From NCBI GenBank assembly GCA_964016885.1, contig OZ024741.1:200322001-200386000 (forward strand): a stretch of DNA of 64,000 nucleotides, read 5' to 3'. The stretch comes from Eledone cirrhosa (taxonomy: Eukaryota). How positions within the stretch are numbered: the stretch's first letter is position 1; each line of letters begins with the position of its first letter. Of this stretch, positions 1 to 12,940 are shown in pieces. The notes beneath the pieces are model-generated. The model had not been told where the DNA came from, did no database searches, and saw nothing but the letters and a program-made list of their open reading frames with translations. Made by a program: the position numbers and the translations under genes.

Positions 1-184
1 CATTTGGCAGAATTTAATAAAATTATGTTTTTCATCAGTAAGCTTATATCTAGAACATTACTTAACAAAACTTTCTAAAATAAAATTATGATGGAAGGTT
101 TTAATAGGATAAACATTTAAAAACGAAGAGTTTTGTATCATAAATGCAGGGCAGTTTCAGGCAGTTTAGTATCAAAAGGGTTAA
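1..184 (-). mobile_element. End of a piggyBac-like (TTAA) MITE, same family as 22920-23563
   Basis: Ends AAAGGG-TTAA. Its reverse complement aligns by eye with 22920-22990 and 23330-23500. Confidence 0.55.
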
Positions 185-769
185 ACAACATTACAAGTAA
201 CTAATTAAGGTACAAGGCCAACCATTTGTGGGGAAGGAAAAATTGATTACATTGTTCTGACCTGGAGAGGGGGTGAGATGTCACAATAGCACTCCTATGA
301 CTCCTACCAGGAGTTACGGTCCATCCATAGTTGCAATTTTCTTGAGAATGCTAGCAAATAATTGTATAATGGTTAAGTGTGCTTTCCAGGACCTGTTTGT
401 TGCTGTTCTCAGCAGCAAGGTATATAACCCATTTAGGTATTTGTATGTATATATGGACTTGATGGAATTGTTGGAGTTCATCCCCTCTCCAAGTCTGAAC
501 ACAGCTTTTTCCAGAGAATAGGAGAGAGAGTGAGATAGGAATATAGAGGAAGAATCATCCAAGAGCTGAACTGGTACATTTTTTTTTTATCGACCTCAAA
601 AGGATGAAAGGCAAAGTTGACCTCAGCAGGTTCTGAACACAGTACATAAACAGCATGAAGGAATACCACAAAGCATTCTATCCAAAGTTCTAATGACTTT
701 GCCAATTCACCTTCTATTTAGGTATTTAGTAAGCCACATCATGCATCAACTCCATCACTCACTTGGCAA

Positions 770-975
770 TCCCTGGCACTAGAGATCACGGCAGACCAAG
801 GAAGACGTGATTGGAGTGCGTGAAGAGTGATTTGTATAAATGGAACTTGGTCGATGTCGATACTCTGGACAGAAATTCATGGAGAGCAGCTGTGAGACAT
901 TGCCTGGTGTTGTCTACCTCAGAGTCTGGGACAACCACAACACCCTAAAGACCAAAACTGGATGTGGATGGATGG
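770..975 (+). mobile_element. RTE-clade LINE 3' fragment
   Basis: Translates PGTRDHGRPRKT*LECVKSDL..DRNSWRAAVR and is followed by a short (GGAT) tail. Confidence 0.6.
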
Positions 976-1174
976 AAGTGAGAATTCAGCTTTAGCCCAC
1001 CATCACTAGCATGAATATGGACCATGCAAATGACACAGTTACAATATCTGATAAACTAGAAGTGATTACATAACTTCATAGAATTGAAAATACTGCCAAA
1101 AAAAAAAAAATAGGGCTATACATCAAAAACTGAATTCATGCAAATGTTATGTACCATTATTATTAACATTTTGA

Positions 1175-1360
1175 GGGCAGTGGATTGGCAGTATCGGTAG
1201 AGGGTCGGACGCCATGTTTTGCAGCAAAGAGTTACGACCCTTTGTGGTCAAATCCAGCCAAGGTTAACTTTGCCTTTCATCCTTACGGGGTCGATAAAAT
1301 AAAGTACCAGTAATTACACTGGGTAATTGCTGGCCTTGTGCCAAAAGTAGAAACAATTAT
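1175..1360 (+). mobile_element. tRNA-headed SINE with Meta-domain-like core (family 1)
   Basis: Box A-like TGGCAGTATCGGTAG and core GCCTTTCATCCTTACGGGGTCGATAAAATAAAGTACCAG. Further copies at about 560-715(-), 1378-1580(+), 3678-3795(+), 4250-4395(-), 15830-15955(-), 26465-26550(-), 48425-48562(-) and 50090-50245(-). Confidence 0.8.
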
Positions 1361-1629
1361 TATTAACATTTTGAAAAAGGCAGTAGATTGACAATATTAG
1401 GACTAAATGCTTTGTGGTAGTTAGTTATGATTTTCTACATTCTGAGTTACAAATTCAACAATGGTCAACTTTGCTTTTCATCCTTTCAGGGTCAATACAA
1501 AATATCATTTAACTACTGGGGTTGACATAATCTATTTTTCCCTTCCTCCAAATTGTTGGCCTTGTGCTAATGTTAGAAAGAATTATTATTTTGAAAATTG
1601 TGTCAAATTAATAAAAATAACAAGTTTAC

Positions 1630-2134
1630 CTGTCCGTAACACTTTAGTGTGCATAGTTTCATGGAATATAATGACACTTGGTCCCATAGTAGAGAGTGAA
1701 AGGTTCAAATTGCACCGCTTATTCGCTGCTTTCAGTTCTTCAGCAAAATGTTTCCCATAAGCATTTGAAGCATCCCCCAGAAAGTAGAAGAGATCATTGT
1801 GTAGACGCTCAGCACGTGTCCTGTAGATAACAATATCAGAGACAGCTAGTACTTTAAGCAGAAGACGTGTTCTTTGGTTTTGGTTTTTTGTCACACCAAG
1901 CATACCTTCTGTATCTATGATTATTGCTTTACTTATGGGATCATAAGCTGCCCAGACTCCTATAGTACAGGAGTCCTGAGATGTTGAAGTTGGAAAGACT
2001 TCTTTCCCATAGAAGAAGGTGTGGTTGAGAGTATGAGATTTACCATCACCAGTGTTGCCAAATATAGAAATAACTTTAACAAGACAGTTTATGTTACATC
2101 CAAGTCTTTTTAGCAGATCTTCTTCGCTTTCAAT
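1630..2134 (-). CDS. ZFYVE1: ZFYVE1/DFCP1 second coding exon (GBP/atlastin-like P-loop NTPase domain); gene continues beyond the left edge
   Basis: A ttttag acceptor precedes IESEEDLLKRLGC..VKVISIFGNTGDGKSHTLNHTFF..SCTIGVWAAYDP..IDTEGMLG..RTRLLLKVLAVSDIVIYRT..LSTMGPSVIIFHET. A GTAAAC donor follows 1630. The phase 0 start matches the upstream exon, and the sequence closely matches ZFYVE1 as I recall it. Confidence 0.92.
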
Positions 2135-2499
2135 CTAAAAAGTAAAAAAAATTAAAAATTAAAAAGGATGAAAGTCATGAATTAACTTATTCTGAAGATA
2201 GCTTTTGTAATAGTTATCTTAAATGCCTATAAAACATTTTCAATTGTTAGAAAGCTAGACAGAAATTAGGATTCTATACTAAATATTGCTTTTTTTATTA
2301 AGCATGATGTCTTGTATTTTCAAAGGACAGATGATGGCATGCTATGACAGTCATGCTTTTTCAAATGGCACCGTGAAGCATAAATAGAAACAGATCACAT
2401 TTTTGATTCACCAGAAGCCTATCTCTTGCTTTATTTGCAATACTCACTATAGTGTTACAAATATGTAAACTGACAGAAGTGTTGTTATATAAATGTTTA

Positions 2500-3260
2500 C
2501 CAAAAATGAATGAAATACATAAATTTCTTCTCAGCAATGAGAACTAGGTCATTGGCATTCAGAAATATCCAAGGACAGCCAGTCTTAAACTGTTATAAGC
2601 CAGAGAATTATAATAAACACAAGAGGGTGAAAATCAAGAACTAATGGACATCTATGCACATACTAAGTACTTTGAATTCATTGCTAACAGCATCACTGTA
2701 CATAGTCTGCACAACTCTTACAAGCCTTCATCTACACCTAGTTTTATTAGCAGCCACAAGACTACAGAAGCAGGGGCCCTATCAAAGGCTTTCAAAGTGT
2801 CAGTGAGTGCTAGGTATAAGTGTTTGCTCTTCGCGAAGAATTTCTCTTGTAGTTGTCTCAATAAGAAGGACATTAATTATACTTTGTCTTGGTACATTCT
2901 TAAACAGCATCTTATATAAGCTAATTTTCTTTCTAATTAGTTTAATCGTAACTCTTTGTTATTCATGAAGTTGTCAACTGCTTTCATGTTCTTAGTTTGT
3001 GATGCATCATTATGGCTGTAGATTGTTTATCAAATTTGTCATCTAGTATGGCAATGGCTTGGTTGTAATTTACACAATCTTGAATATAAACAAAAGCTTT
3101 GTGGCCACATAACACAAATAATACTGAGAGTTTATCCTCTTCCGATATTTCAGCTTTTTTCATGTAAATCTCAAGGACTTTCACTGAAAGTCTTCTTGAA
3201 GAATTTAGCATCCATGCTAATGAAGATTGGAATAAATTGAGCATGACTAATTCACAGTAG
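2500..3260 (-). mobile_element. Degenerate LTR-retrotransposon gag-like fragment
   Basis: ORF 2984..3244 (EDKLSVLF..CGHKAFVYIQDCVNYNQAIAILDDKF..HKLRT) resembles retrotransposon gag N-termini; the flanks are disrupted. Confidence 0.4.
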
Positions 3261-3829
3261 TAAGAAGTTATAAGGCTTTATTCTAATCTTCATTCACAAA
3301 CAGAATTATGGCCACTTGCAATTTTTGTTGCCAGATTCACATGTAACTATGTAGTCTGCACCAACTAACGTGGTTGCAGCTGATTGGTTGATTCAAACGA
3401 ATTTCATAATAGTATACACTCCAAGTTCCATATCACCATTAAGTAATGATGAAACCTTGTGTAAAAATAACAACTAGTAGTGTTACAGAGGAAGGGTGTG
3501 GAAAGAGTATGGTCCATATTGGGCAACACATTTATGGGGAGCAGCACTTCAAGAAGGATTTACTGTGCAATATGATGTATTTTTTGTTGGGAGTTGGGGG
3601 TAACAAATTCAAAGGTTGCCCCAGGTGGCACACACTCTAGGTACACTACTGGTAAAAATTCTTCCTCAAGACACCCATTCTGAGTTCAAATCCCGCCGAG
3701 GTTAACTTTGCCTTTCATCCTTATGGGGTCGATAAAATAAAGTACCAGTAATGCACTGGGTAATTGCTGGCTTTGTGCCAATAGTAGAAACAATTATTAC
3801 AGAACTAAGATCTACATGATAAATGCACT

Positions 3830-4245
3830 CTGTACACATTGTGAAGTGGTTAGTAATAGGAAGGGTATCCAGCTGTAGAAAGCTGCCAAACAAAGCATTC
3901 GAAAGACCCTTCAGTTGTATCAAGGGCATGACAGCCTCTCTAGTGTTGGTGATCTACATGATAAACAGACCCAATACATATTGTAAAGTGGTTGGTGATA
4001 TGAAGGGCATCCAACCATAGAAAACTTGCCAAACAAAAAGTTGGGAGGACCCTTCAATTGTGTCAAAGACTTGAATTCTCCTATGCCCAGGTAGAACATG
4101 AAACTGTACATAAGCGAGATGCAGACGCCCAGTCTGTCTGGGAGCACCAAGTCTGTCTGGAAGGTCTGTAGCCCCACTTCAGTACTAACTTGGTCTATGT
4201 AGACTCATGCAACCCTTGCTAGCAAGGAAAGCAGACGTTAAACGA
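3830..4245 (+). mobile_element. Composite RTE-related non-autonomous repeat with internal tandem subunits (similar copy at about 20960-21450)
   Basis: Repeated GTGGTTGGT..AAGGGCATCCAGC..TAGAAA blocks ending in the CCCTTGCTAGCA..GGAAA..GACGTTAAA tail shared with the RTE LINE. Confidence 0.6.
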
Positions 4246-6499
4246 TAATAATTGTTTCTACGTTTGGCACAAGGCCAGCAATTACCCAGTGCATTACTGG
4301 TACTTTATTTTATCGACACCGTAAGGATGAAAGGCAAAGTTAACCTCGGCGGGATTTGAACTCAGAATGGCAAGGGCCGTAACTCTATGCGTCAACAGTA
4401 AAAGTTTGGTGACTCATGGAGGTTGTGGATTACAGGCCTTTCACAAAATTCCTGCAGGACTGCAGGATCTACTAGTCTAAAAGCTAGTTGGGTTTTCTCT
4501 TCAGCACTACACTGTGTATATCTGAGTTTCTAGCGAATTTTGCAATCGAACACACACGCACACTCATATATATATATATATATAAAGGACGATTTGTTAT
4601 GTCTTCATTGCGTTTATTGAGTAGTGATGCGCGTTTCGCTATTGATCAGCTCAAGGTTCGATCTGTATCGATCTAGTCCGACTCTGGAATCAACACACAC
4701 ACACAAGATAACATTTCTGGATCATTTTTAAAGCTAAAAATGGTTTACTTTGGTATCATATATGGCTGACTGGCTGCAATGGTTGGATAGATGAATGGTG
4801 GAAAAGATGAAAAGTGGAAGATAAATTAGAAGGAAGGAAGGAAGGAAAAGAAAGTGAGAGAAAAAGAAGAAATGAAGGGAGGAGGTAGAAATGAAAGGTG
4901 AATTGAGAAAATGGGAAACTGAAGATTCTGTAGGACTGAAAAAGATAATGAAGAGAATGAATGAAATATAAAGAAAGCAAGAGAGATGTTACAGAAAGAA
5001 AAGGGCTGGGGGGGGGGGGGGAGAAAGCGAGAAGGATATAATTAGAAAAAAAATAATAAGGAAAAGAAACAAAGACAGAAAGAAACAAATCAGAAGAAGA
5101 AAAAAGGAAAAGATAGACAGATGACTGACTTTCAGACAGACAATAGAAAGCTAATTGACAGATAAATAAGCATTAGAGGGCACATAATCGGATAGATAGC
5201 AAGAAAAAAATAAAAGAGAAGGAAAAAGAAATGAAAGGCAGAAAAAGTCGGGGAACTTTGCTGAGGCTGTAGTCATTGTTAATAATTCTATAGAATCGAA
5301 GTAAATCTACTTGAGAACAAAGCTGCATTTTTTTTAATGGTTGATATTTCAATCAAAATGTGAAATTCAAACATTACTCAACTCATTGAAAATTAGTGCT
5401 TTTAAGAGAGAGACAATCAGAGAGATGGGCGAGGTAGACAAATGCCGAAGAAGTAAATGGACAGAGAAGAAAGATAAAAAAAAATTCTGTAAACACTTGT
5501 TAAATTGGAACACATTAGTGCAAAAATCTGAAGTAGGTCATTTAAGAATAAACAGTATAAAAATAATGTTAAATGTTTTGGGAAGGTTCAAAAGAGAACA
5601 GTAAGATATAAATATTTCTCAGTCGACGTAAAAAATTCGTTAATGGAGGACTATTTCCTATCTTTGGTACAGAAATGTTAAATGTTAAAATATGCACACA
5701 GAGAAAAATAAACATTAAAATAAACCACTCGAAAGCTCTATTTATATTGGATGCTTTGTTTATTGTGTACATATATGCCAAGGGAGAGAAAGAGTGAGGA
5801 AATGTTACATAGAAAAGTAATTTCATACAAAAACAAATTTGTAAATCGATGGGTAAAGACACAAAACAAGCAATACGTGGTATTTTGGGAAAATAATAAA
5901 TTATTTCGATTTGTTTTAAATCAGCAGTGCTCCAGACTGACGACTGATAATCCCTGAGCTAAAATAGTTGTTGGTTCTTAATAACGATAACAGACGTTAA
6001 AAGATCATCCCATTCAAGACTAGTTTATTTTTTATCGCTCCTCCACAATCGTCGATAAAATAAGTACCAGTAATATATAGCAGAATTGAGTCTATCAGAA
6101 TTTAGTATACTCTTTACCTACAAAACTATCCCAGCAAGCACTATCGTAAGAATTATTAAGGATTTCTAACATTGGTCCCAGACTACACATTTTCCGAAAA
6201 GAATATAGTCGATTAACTCAACACCAGTAGTTGACTCTTTGTCGATCCAATTGGGAATTGAACTCGGAATGTAACTAAATACATGACTTTTAACCACGTA
6301 TTCTACCCATGGTTTTAACATTAACACAATACCAGAAGTGCTGTGAGAGGAAACAAAACTACTAAATCGATTTAGCAAGTGACTGGTATTTATTTATCAA
6401 CTCAGGAAAAATATAATTAATATTGACGGGATTTGAACTCATATTATGAGTTCAAATCCCGTCAATATCAATTATATTAGGTTAAACCTAATAGCAATA

Positions 6500-6765
6500 A
6501 TATTTGTTTCTACTTTAGGCACAAGGCCAGCAATTATACCAGTGTATTACTGGTACATCGACATAATGATTAATAACAATAATTGTTTCTACTTTAGGCA
6601 CAAGGCCAGCAATTACCCAGTGCATTACTGGTACTTTATTTTATCGACCCTGTAAGGATGAAAGGCAAAGTCAACCTCGGCGGGATTTGAACTCAGATCG
6701 TAAAGGGACGTAACTATGCCGGAAAGCATGGCGTCCGACCCTCTACCGATACTGCCAATCTACAA
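6500..6765 (-). mobile_element. SINE family 1 copy with duplicated 3' part
   Basis: Reverse complement of the 1175-1360 consensus; tail repeated at 6505-6555 and 6580-6640. Confidence 0.8.
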
Positions 6766-6896
6766 TTTGTCGCCAATGATTAATAACAATAATGGTTTAT
6801 AATTTAGGCACAAGGCCACCAATTTGTGAGGAGGAATGAAAATCGATTATATTATTATAACTACGGTGGTATTAAATACATTGATAACAAACTTAC

Positions 6897-7748
6897 GAGC
6901 AGTTTTTCTTCTTCGTCAACAAGTTTGAAGCAAACACATTCGTCGTAAGACACTTTGTTTTTGTTTTGGCCACTCGAACAAGGTTGGGGTACTTTTTTGT
7001 CAACTTCCTTCGAGGTTGTCGCCATGTCTTTTTCGTTGATACAAACATCAGGAATACTTTGGATACTAGAGTCAGAGTGAGCGCTAGAGAAGGACATTTC
7101 TGTTTCAGGTAGAGTTTGTCCAAGTTCCTGCGGAAGAGTTACATAAGTTAGAGAATCGTCATTGTCACCAATTGGGGATAAAGGTTTAATTATTGGATTG
7201 CCAGCAAACACTGTCGCCGCGCTGGCCGTGTTAAAGATAGTGGTGTTATTATTGCTCGTTGTTTGAAGTAGCAGAGTGGCTGGTTGGCTTTGATCCGAAC
7301 ATTGAGGAAGTGAACTTGTATTAGGAGTTGGGTGTACTAATGAAACTAAGGTTGGTTGCTGGGCTTTTTTCTCGTAGTCACGGAAGCGAAGTCGCCTATG
7401 GGCGCACCGCCTGCTATTAGAACGATGCAGGACCTCATTGCACTGGTAGCACAAGTTCAATTGACAGTCTTCACAGCGGACATCAGCATAGTTCTTATTG
7501 TCACAGAATGAACTAGAGCAAAGCTTTGACGACGGTGGTGGTGCCAATGGCTGTCTTTCATGACATACAAACTTAGAATTGTGATGAATCGTTTTTTCAC
7601 AATATTTACATTGAAGTGTGCCACATTTATCACATTTGAAATCAGCTTCCGTCCGGTCCTGGGGACAGCAAAGCCGTTCCTGACAGAATTCTCTAGACGA
7701 TCTCACCTTTGAGGAAGCTGTCGTCGTTGATGACCTTGGGATCATCAT
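6897..7748 (-). CDS. ZFYVE1: ZFYVE1/DFCP1 first coding exon (two N-terminal B-box-like Zn fingers plus low-complexity linker)
   Basis: ORF 6861..7748 has CDKC..QCKYCE..IH..H and CEDC..LCYQCN..LH..H motifs and ends FKLVDEEEKLL. A GTAAGT donor follows 6897 (852 nt, phase 0). Confidence 0.85.
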
Positions 7749-8759
7749 TTGCTAAAATAAAAACACTTCACACTATTATCATCCATTTTGGAGCAGATTA
7801 TTTACCTTGTGTTGATTACTGCTGTGCTTTGTCGAACAACTCAAACTCGTTTTCATTTCAACACACTGTTTCGTATTTAAAGCGTCATACTTCATTCGTC
7901 AGTGTTTTTGTGATTATAAAAACTTAATTTCTTATTTTGTCCTTATCATCAACATTCTCATACCCATTATAGTTCTGAATTAAGTGGTAAAATACTTATG
8001 AATTTAACACATTGTGTAAAGTTGCTGGGTTACACTTTTATAAGGTTGTCATGAAAATGAAACCTGCCCTCAAAATCATGTATTGTTATTTGGGGGCTTT
8101 TGGTCTTGTACCTAAATCAGAAACCTTTAGTTTGGGGGCTTTGAAACATGTTTTAAAATATTTAAATTAAAAATGAAAATTTTAACACAACATTGGTTGT
8201 AGCAAAACTGTCGACTGGCTTTGTTGCTATTTCGCCCAGGGTTGTCTTTGATCAAGTAAATTTTAATTAAAGGCGTTCCAGTCGTGATCATTCCGTCTTT
8301 GTTATTTTTTATGACTGTTTCTAGGAACACATTATCTAATATGGCTTCATTTTTTAAAAGGCAGTATAGTGTGATACGAGGAAGATTTGGCTGCTATTTC
8401 TAGCAATCGGAACGGCCATGCATAAATGTTCTCGTATCGACATGATGCGTTCATTTTTTTTTTTTATATAAACGATTTAATTCCCCCGCCTTGGTGATAG
8501 TGAATTTTCTAATATGATTTTATTTGAATGTCTGCAAAATATGTTACCTTTTCCCCTTCATTAAGTTGCAGCAAGGATGTAGAGATGATTCTCGAATAAT
8601 GCCCTTCCCACCGCACTTATTCTGCCCCACCCCTTATTAAATTTTCTAATCTATCTTCGGCAGAATTTAATTTTAACTGGTAGCATTCCTGCGAAGATTA
8701 ATTTTCTTTATACATTAATAAACATTACATATGACAAAAAAAATTACATTACAAGAAAT

Positions 8760-11700
8760 CATCATCATCATCATTTTAGGTCGGCTTTTCCCTGCTTGCA
8801 AGGGTGGGACGGGTCTTATTCAGCACAGCATCTCTCCACTTGTCATGGTCCTTCGTCATCTCCACCGCGAGTTTCAGCAATATGAGGTCTGTTCTCACCA
8901 CCTCCACCCATGTTTTTCGTGGTCTACCTCTACCAGGTCTTCCTTCAACTGGCATTTCCTGGCACTTTTTCACCCATCGGTCATCCTCCATGCGCATCAC
9001 ATGTCCATACCACCGCAGTCTCCTCTCTCGCACACTACATTCTATCCCTCTCAGACACAGTTTCTCTCTCAACACATCCATGGTGGGTCGTTCATGCACA
9101 TTGACATTGCACATCCAACGGAGCATGCTTGCCTCATTTCTCTCCAGCTGTCGCATATCCTCTGCAGTTAGCCCATGTCTCACTACCATGCAGCATCGCG
9201 CTCCTCACACAGGCATCATATAACCGGCCTTTCGTACGCAGGGAGAAACGCTTCTTCGTCAGCAGAGGAAGCAGCTTCCTAAACTTCTTCCAAACCGTCC
9301 TTATTGTAGATACTATGGCCTCGGAACACCCCCCCTCCCATGCTAATCTGATCTCCTAGGTACTGGAAGCTATCCACCACTTCTATAGCACCCGCCTGCA
9401 TTTGAAAAATGTGTCTATCAATGCGACTTCTACTGTCTAATTTCGCTGTACATCTACTGCATGCGTATTTCTCTCCCTACCTGTTAGTTTTCCTGCTATC
9501 CCACTACATCTCTGGTGTACCCAGGATCTGCATTGTGTGCATTTTATAGAATTTATGCCAGTTCCTTTTCTGCATATCGAACATGGCCATTTCCCTGATG
9601 GAATCAGAGTTTTGTCCTCTTTTCTACTCATCAACTTATGTCTTAGCTAGGTTCACTCAGTCCTTTTGCTTCCAACTGCTGTTTCCATAGCCAGAATTTA
9701 TTCTCTAGCTCCTCTACTGATTTTGCTATAAGAATCAGATCGTCAGCATAGAGAAGTTCCCATGGACAGCCAGTCTTAAACTCCTCTGCTATGGCTTGGA
9801 GGACTATAATGAACAAGAGTGGGCTGAGGACCGAACGTTGTTGAACTGCTACTTGTATCTGGAATTCCTCACTAAACTCCATTCCTACCCTGACTTTACT
9901 GACAGCACCTCTGTACAAAGTTTGCACTGTCCTCACAAGCCATTCCTCAACACCTAGTTTCCGTAGGGACCACCAGATGACAGATCGGGGTACCCTATCA
10001 AAGGTCTTCTCTAGGTCAACAAAGGCTAAGTATAGTGGCTTATTCTTCTCTAAGAACCTCTCTTGTAATTGTCTCACCAAGAAGAGGGCATCTGTTGTAC
10101 TTTTCCCAGGCACAAAACCAAACTGCATCTCATCTAGTTTGACCCTTTCTCTAATTAGTTGTGCTAATATCCTTTCTGCCACTTTCATAACCTGATCCAT
10201 CAGTTTTATACCCCTATAATTGCTCCTCTCCAGAGCATCCCCTTTACTTTTGTCGCAATTTATGAGAATACTGCTGCACTAGTCTTTGGGTATGACACCA
10301 CCATATACGTATAGCCTGATTGATGATGCGTGCAACCAGTTTAGTGTCTACGTCCCCTGATGCCTTCACCATCTCAGCAACTATCCCCGACGGTCCAGCA
10401 GCCTTACCATTTTTCATTTCCTTAATTGCCACTTTGACCCTATATTCGTCAATCTCAATAGCTGGTCCCTCTGTCAGATCTACTGAGGATAATTTCTCTC
10501 TCTCCCATTCGTTCTCCACATTCACCAGTCTCTTATAATGACATTTCCAGGCCTCCTTTTTCTGATCATTCGTGACACTAAGTACACCAGCATCATTCCG
10601 GACACATTTATCTCCAACAACATCCTGATTTGCATTGACACACTGCCTTGCAATGTGGAACACCGCACGCCTCTGATCTTCCTGTCGCAGAACATTGCCA
10701 AACCTCCTACTCTCAGCCTCCCTGTGTGCTAAGTACACCTGATGTCTACCTTCTTTCTTAGCGGCTGCATATCCTTCTCTACTCCCACCCTTTTTCCAAG
10801 CCTTCCATGCTAGTCTTTTGTCTCTAATGGCCCTATCTACAGTGCTGTTCCACCACCAGGTCACTCTCTGTCTGGTTGGAGCTCTGCTCCAGCCACAAGT
10901 TTCATCAGTAGCCTGCAGTAAGTTGTCACGTAAGAAATTCCAGTTATTATCTGTCATACGACTCTAAATCGTCTTCTTTTTCGTCATACACATCTTGAAG
11001 GGCTTTCCTGAATTTGTATTTTAGTGAAAGGTCTTTTAGCTTCCAGACCTTTCTTCTCCACACCTTCCTGTATGTCTCATTCCATCTCTTGCTTACTGAG
11101 ATATCACTAACGACTAACCTATGCTGTGGGGTACATTCTTCCCCAGGGTATGCCTTGGTATTTGACACCATCTGCCTGTCCCGTTGCCTAACTAGTAAGA
11201 AGTCAATCTGGCTTATGTGCTCGCCTGATTTGTAGGTTATTAGGTGGTTGGCAGGTTTCTGGAAGTTAGTGTTGCAAATAGTCATTGTACTTGCATCACA
11301 AAATTCAAGAAGTCTCACTCCTTCATTTCTTGAGCTGTAACCGTGCCCACCATGTACCCCAGTGTAACCATCCTGGAGCTGTCCAACATGACCATTGAAG
11401 TCCCCTGCTAGCATAACGATGTCTCCGTCCTCTGTCATTGCGGCTGTTTATAAAAGTTGCTCGTAAAAGCAGTCTTTCTGTTCTTTGCCTAGGCCTGCTT
11501 GGGGAGCATAGGTAGAGATCATTGTCAGTAGTCTCCTGCCTACAACTAATCTAAGCTTAATTATTCGATTATTAACTCGCACTACCTCTATTGTCTTATT
11601 GATCCATCTCTCAGCCAGGAAAATGCCTACTCCCCCTAACCCATCATCCTTACCTACCCAGAAAAGCTTATAGCTAAGATGTTTGCCTGCGACTAGTCTC

Positions 11701-11800
11701 GCAGCACACATCCACATGCCTTCTCTCCAGCATCTCCGCTATTTCACTGTGAAAGTGCCAACATTAAGTGTTGCAACTCTGAGATGCGACGTCTTCATAT
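8760..11800 (-). mobile_element. Near full-length degenerate RTE-clade LINE (APE endonuclease + RT + Cys/His finger insert)
   Basis: Endonuclease motifs YAPQAG, AGDFNGHVG and SQIDFLLV..HRLVV; RT motifs QFGFVPGKST, AFVDLEK and LLYADD; C-terminal GRPRKTW; (ATG)n tail. Multiple frameshifts. Confidence 0.92.
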
Positions 11801-12414
11801 TTTTGTTGTTACTATATATTTGTTGCTGTGCTCATAATTGTTTTGGCATTGATACACTGGTTGGATGCCCCTCCTAACACCAGTTCCACTTTACAGCATG
11901 GACTGGGTGCTTTTATTCGTGACACCAGCACTAGAGAGGATGTCTTACTGGACTCATGGGCCCTCTCTTCCCCTCCATTTTACAGCATGGTCTTAACAAA
12001 AAAAAACAAAAAAAAAAACACCACTTATTGACACTCATGGCACACACACACTCACTCACACACCAACACTCATGCATACAAACACACACGCCACACACAC
12101 ACCAACACTCATGCATACAAACACACACATGCCACTCACACACACATACATATATTACCGTCAGTACTGATACAAGATCATGTCAACTGTTGACTTTTAC
12201 AGTTCAGTTTTTATATAATAATAATAATTGTTTGCTTTACAGCATAGAGCAACGGCCCTCCACGCTCCGGGCCCAAAACATGGCACCAGTATTGCGCTGG
12301 GATAATCACTGCCCCGTGCCATGAACAGAATAGTTATTTATTATTATAGTTATTTAAACCCCCTCTATTATTTGGGACCTAAGAGTATATACATATATAT
12401 ATATATATCATCAT

Positions 12415-12580
12415 CATCATCATTTTATGTCCGCTTTTCCCTGCTTGCAAAGGTGGGATGGGTCCTACTCAGCACAGCATCTCTCCACTTGTCACAGTCC
12501 TTTGTCATATCTTCCGTGAGTTTCAGCGATCTGAGGTCTGCTCTCACCACCTCCGCCCATGTTTTTCGTGGTCTTCCTCT
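12415..12580 (-). mobile_element. 3'-terminal fragment of the same RTE LINE family
   Basis: Near-identical to 8760-8935. Confidence 0.8.
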
Positions 12581-12609
12581 ACTGCGTTTGAGCATAACAA
12601 ATGAGAATC

Positions 12610-12940
12610 ACATGGCTTAGTGGTTAGAGCATTGGCCTTGCAATCGAAAGGTTGTGAGTTCAATTCTCAGACCGGGTGATGTGTTGTTTCCTTGAACAAG
12701 ACACTTTATTCACAGTGCTCCAGTTTACTCAGCTGTAGAAATGAGATGATAGGGACTGGGGTCCCTATTATTCCACTGCAAAAGTGGTCGTGTAGGTGCC
12801 ATGGCAAAAAGCACCCAGCACTCACTGCAAATGAGGTTGGTGTTAAGAAGGGCATCCAGCTGTAGAAATCAAGCCAGAATCAGTTCCCGTCCCACCCTTG
12901 CAAGCAGGGAAAAGTGGACGTAAAATGATGATGATGATGA
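12610..12940 (+). mobile_element. tRNA-headed CORE-like SINE with RTE-derived 3' tail (family 2)
   Basis: Box A TGGCTTAGTGG, box B GAGTTCAATTC, core CCTTGAACAAGACACTTT..CTCAGCTG and tail CCCGTCCCACCCTTGCAAGCAGGGAAAAG..(ATG)n. Partial copy at 14098-14210. Confidence 0.8.

Noticed and set aside
12613-12685. tRNA genes at SINE heads
   Set aside because: A/B boxes are present, but there is no complete cloverleaf and they are fused to SINE bodies.
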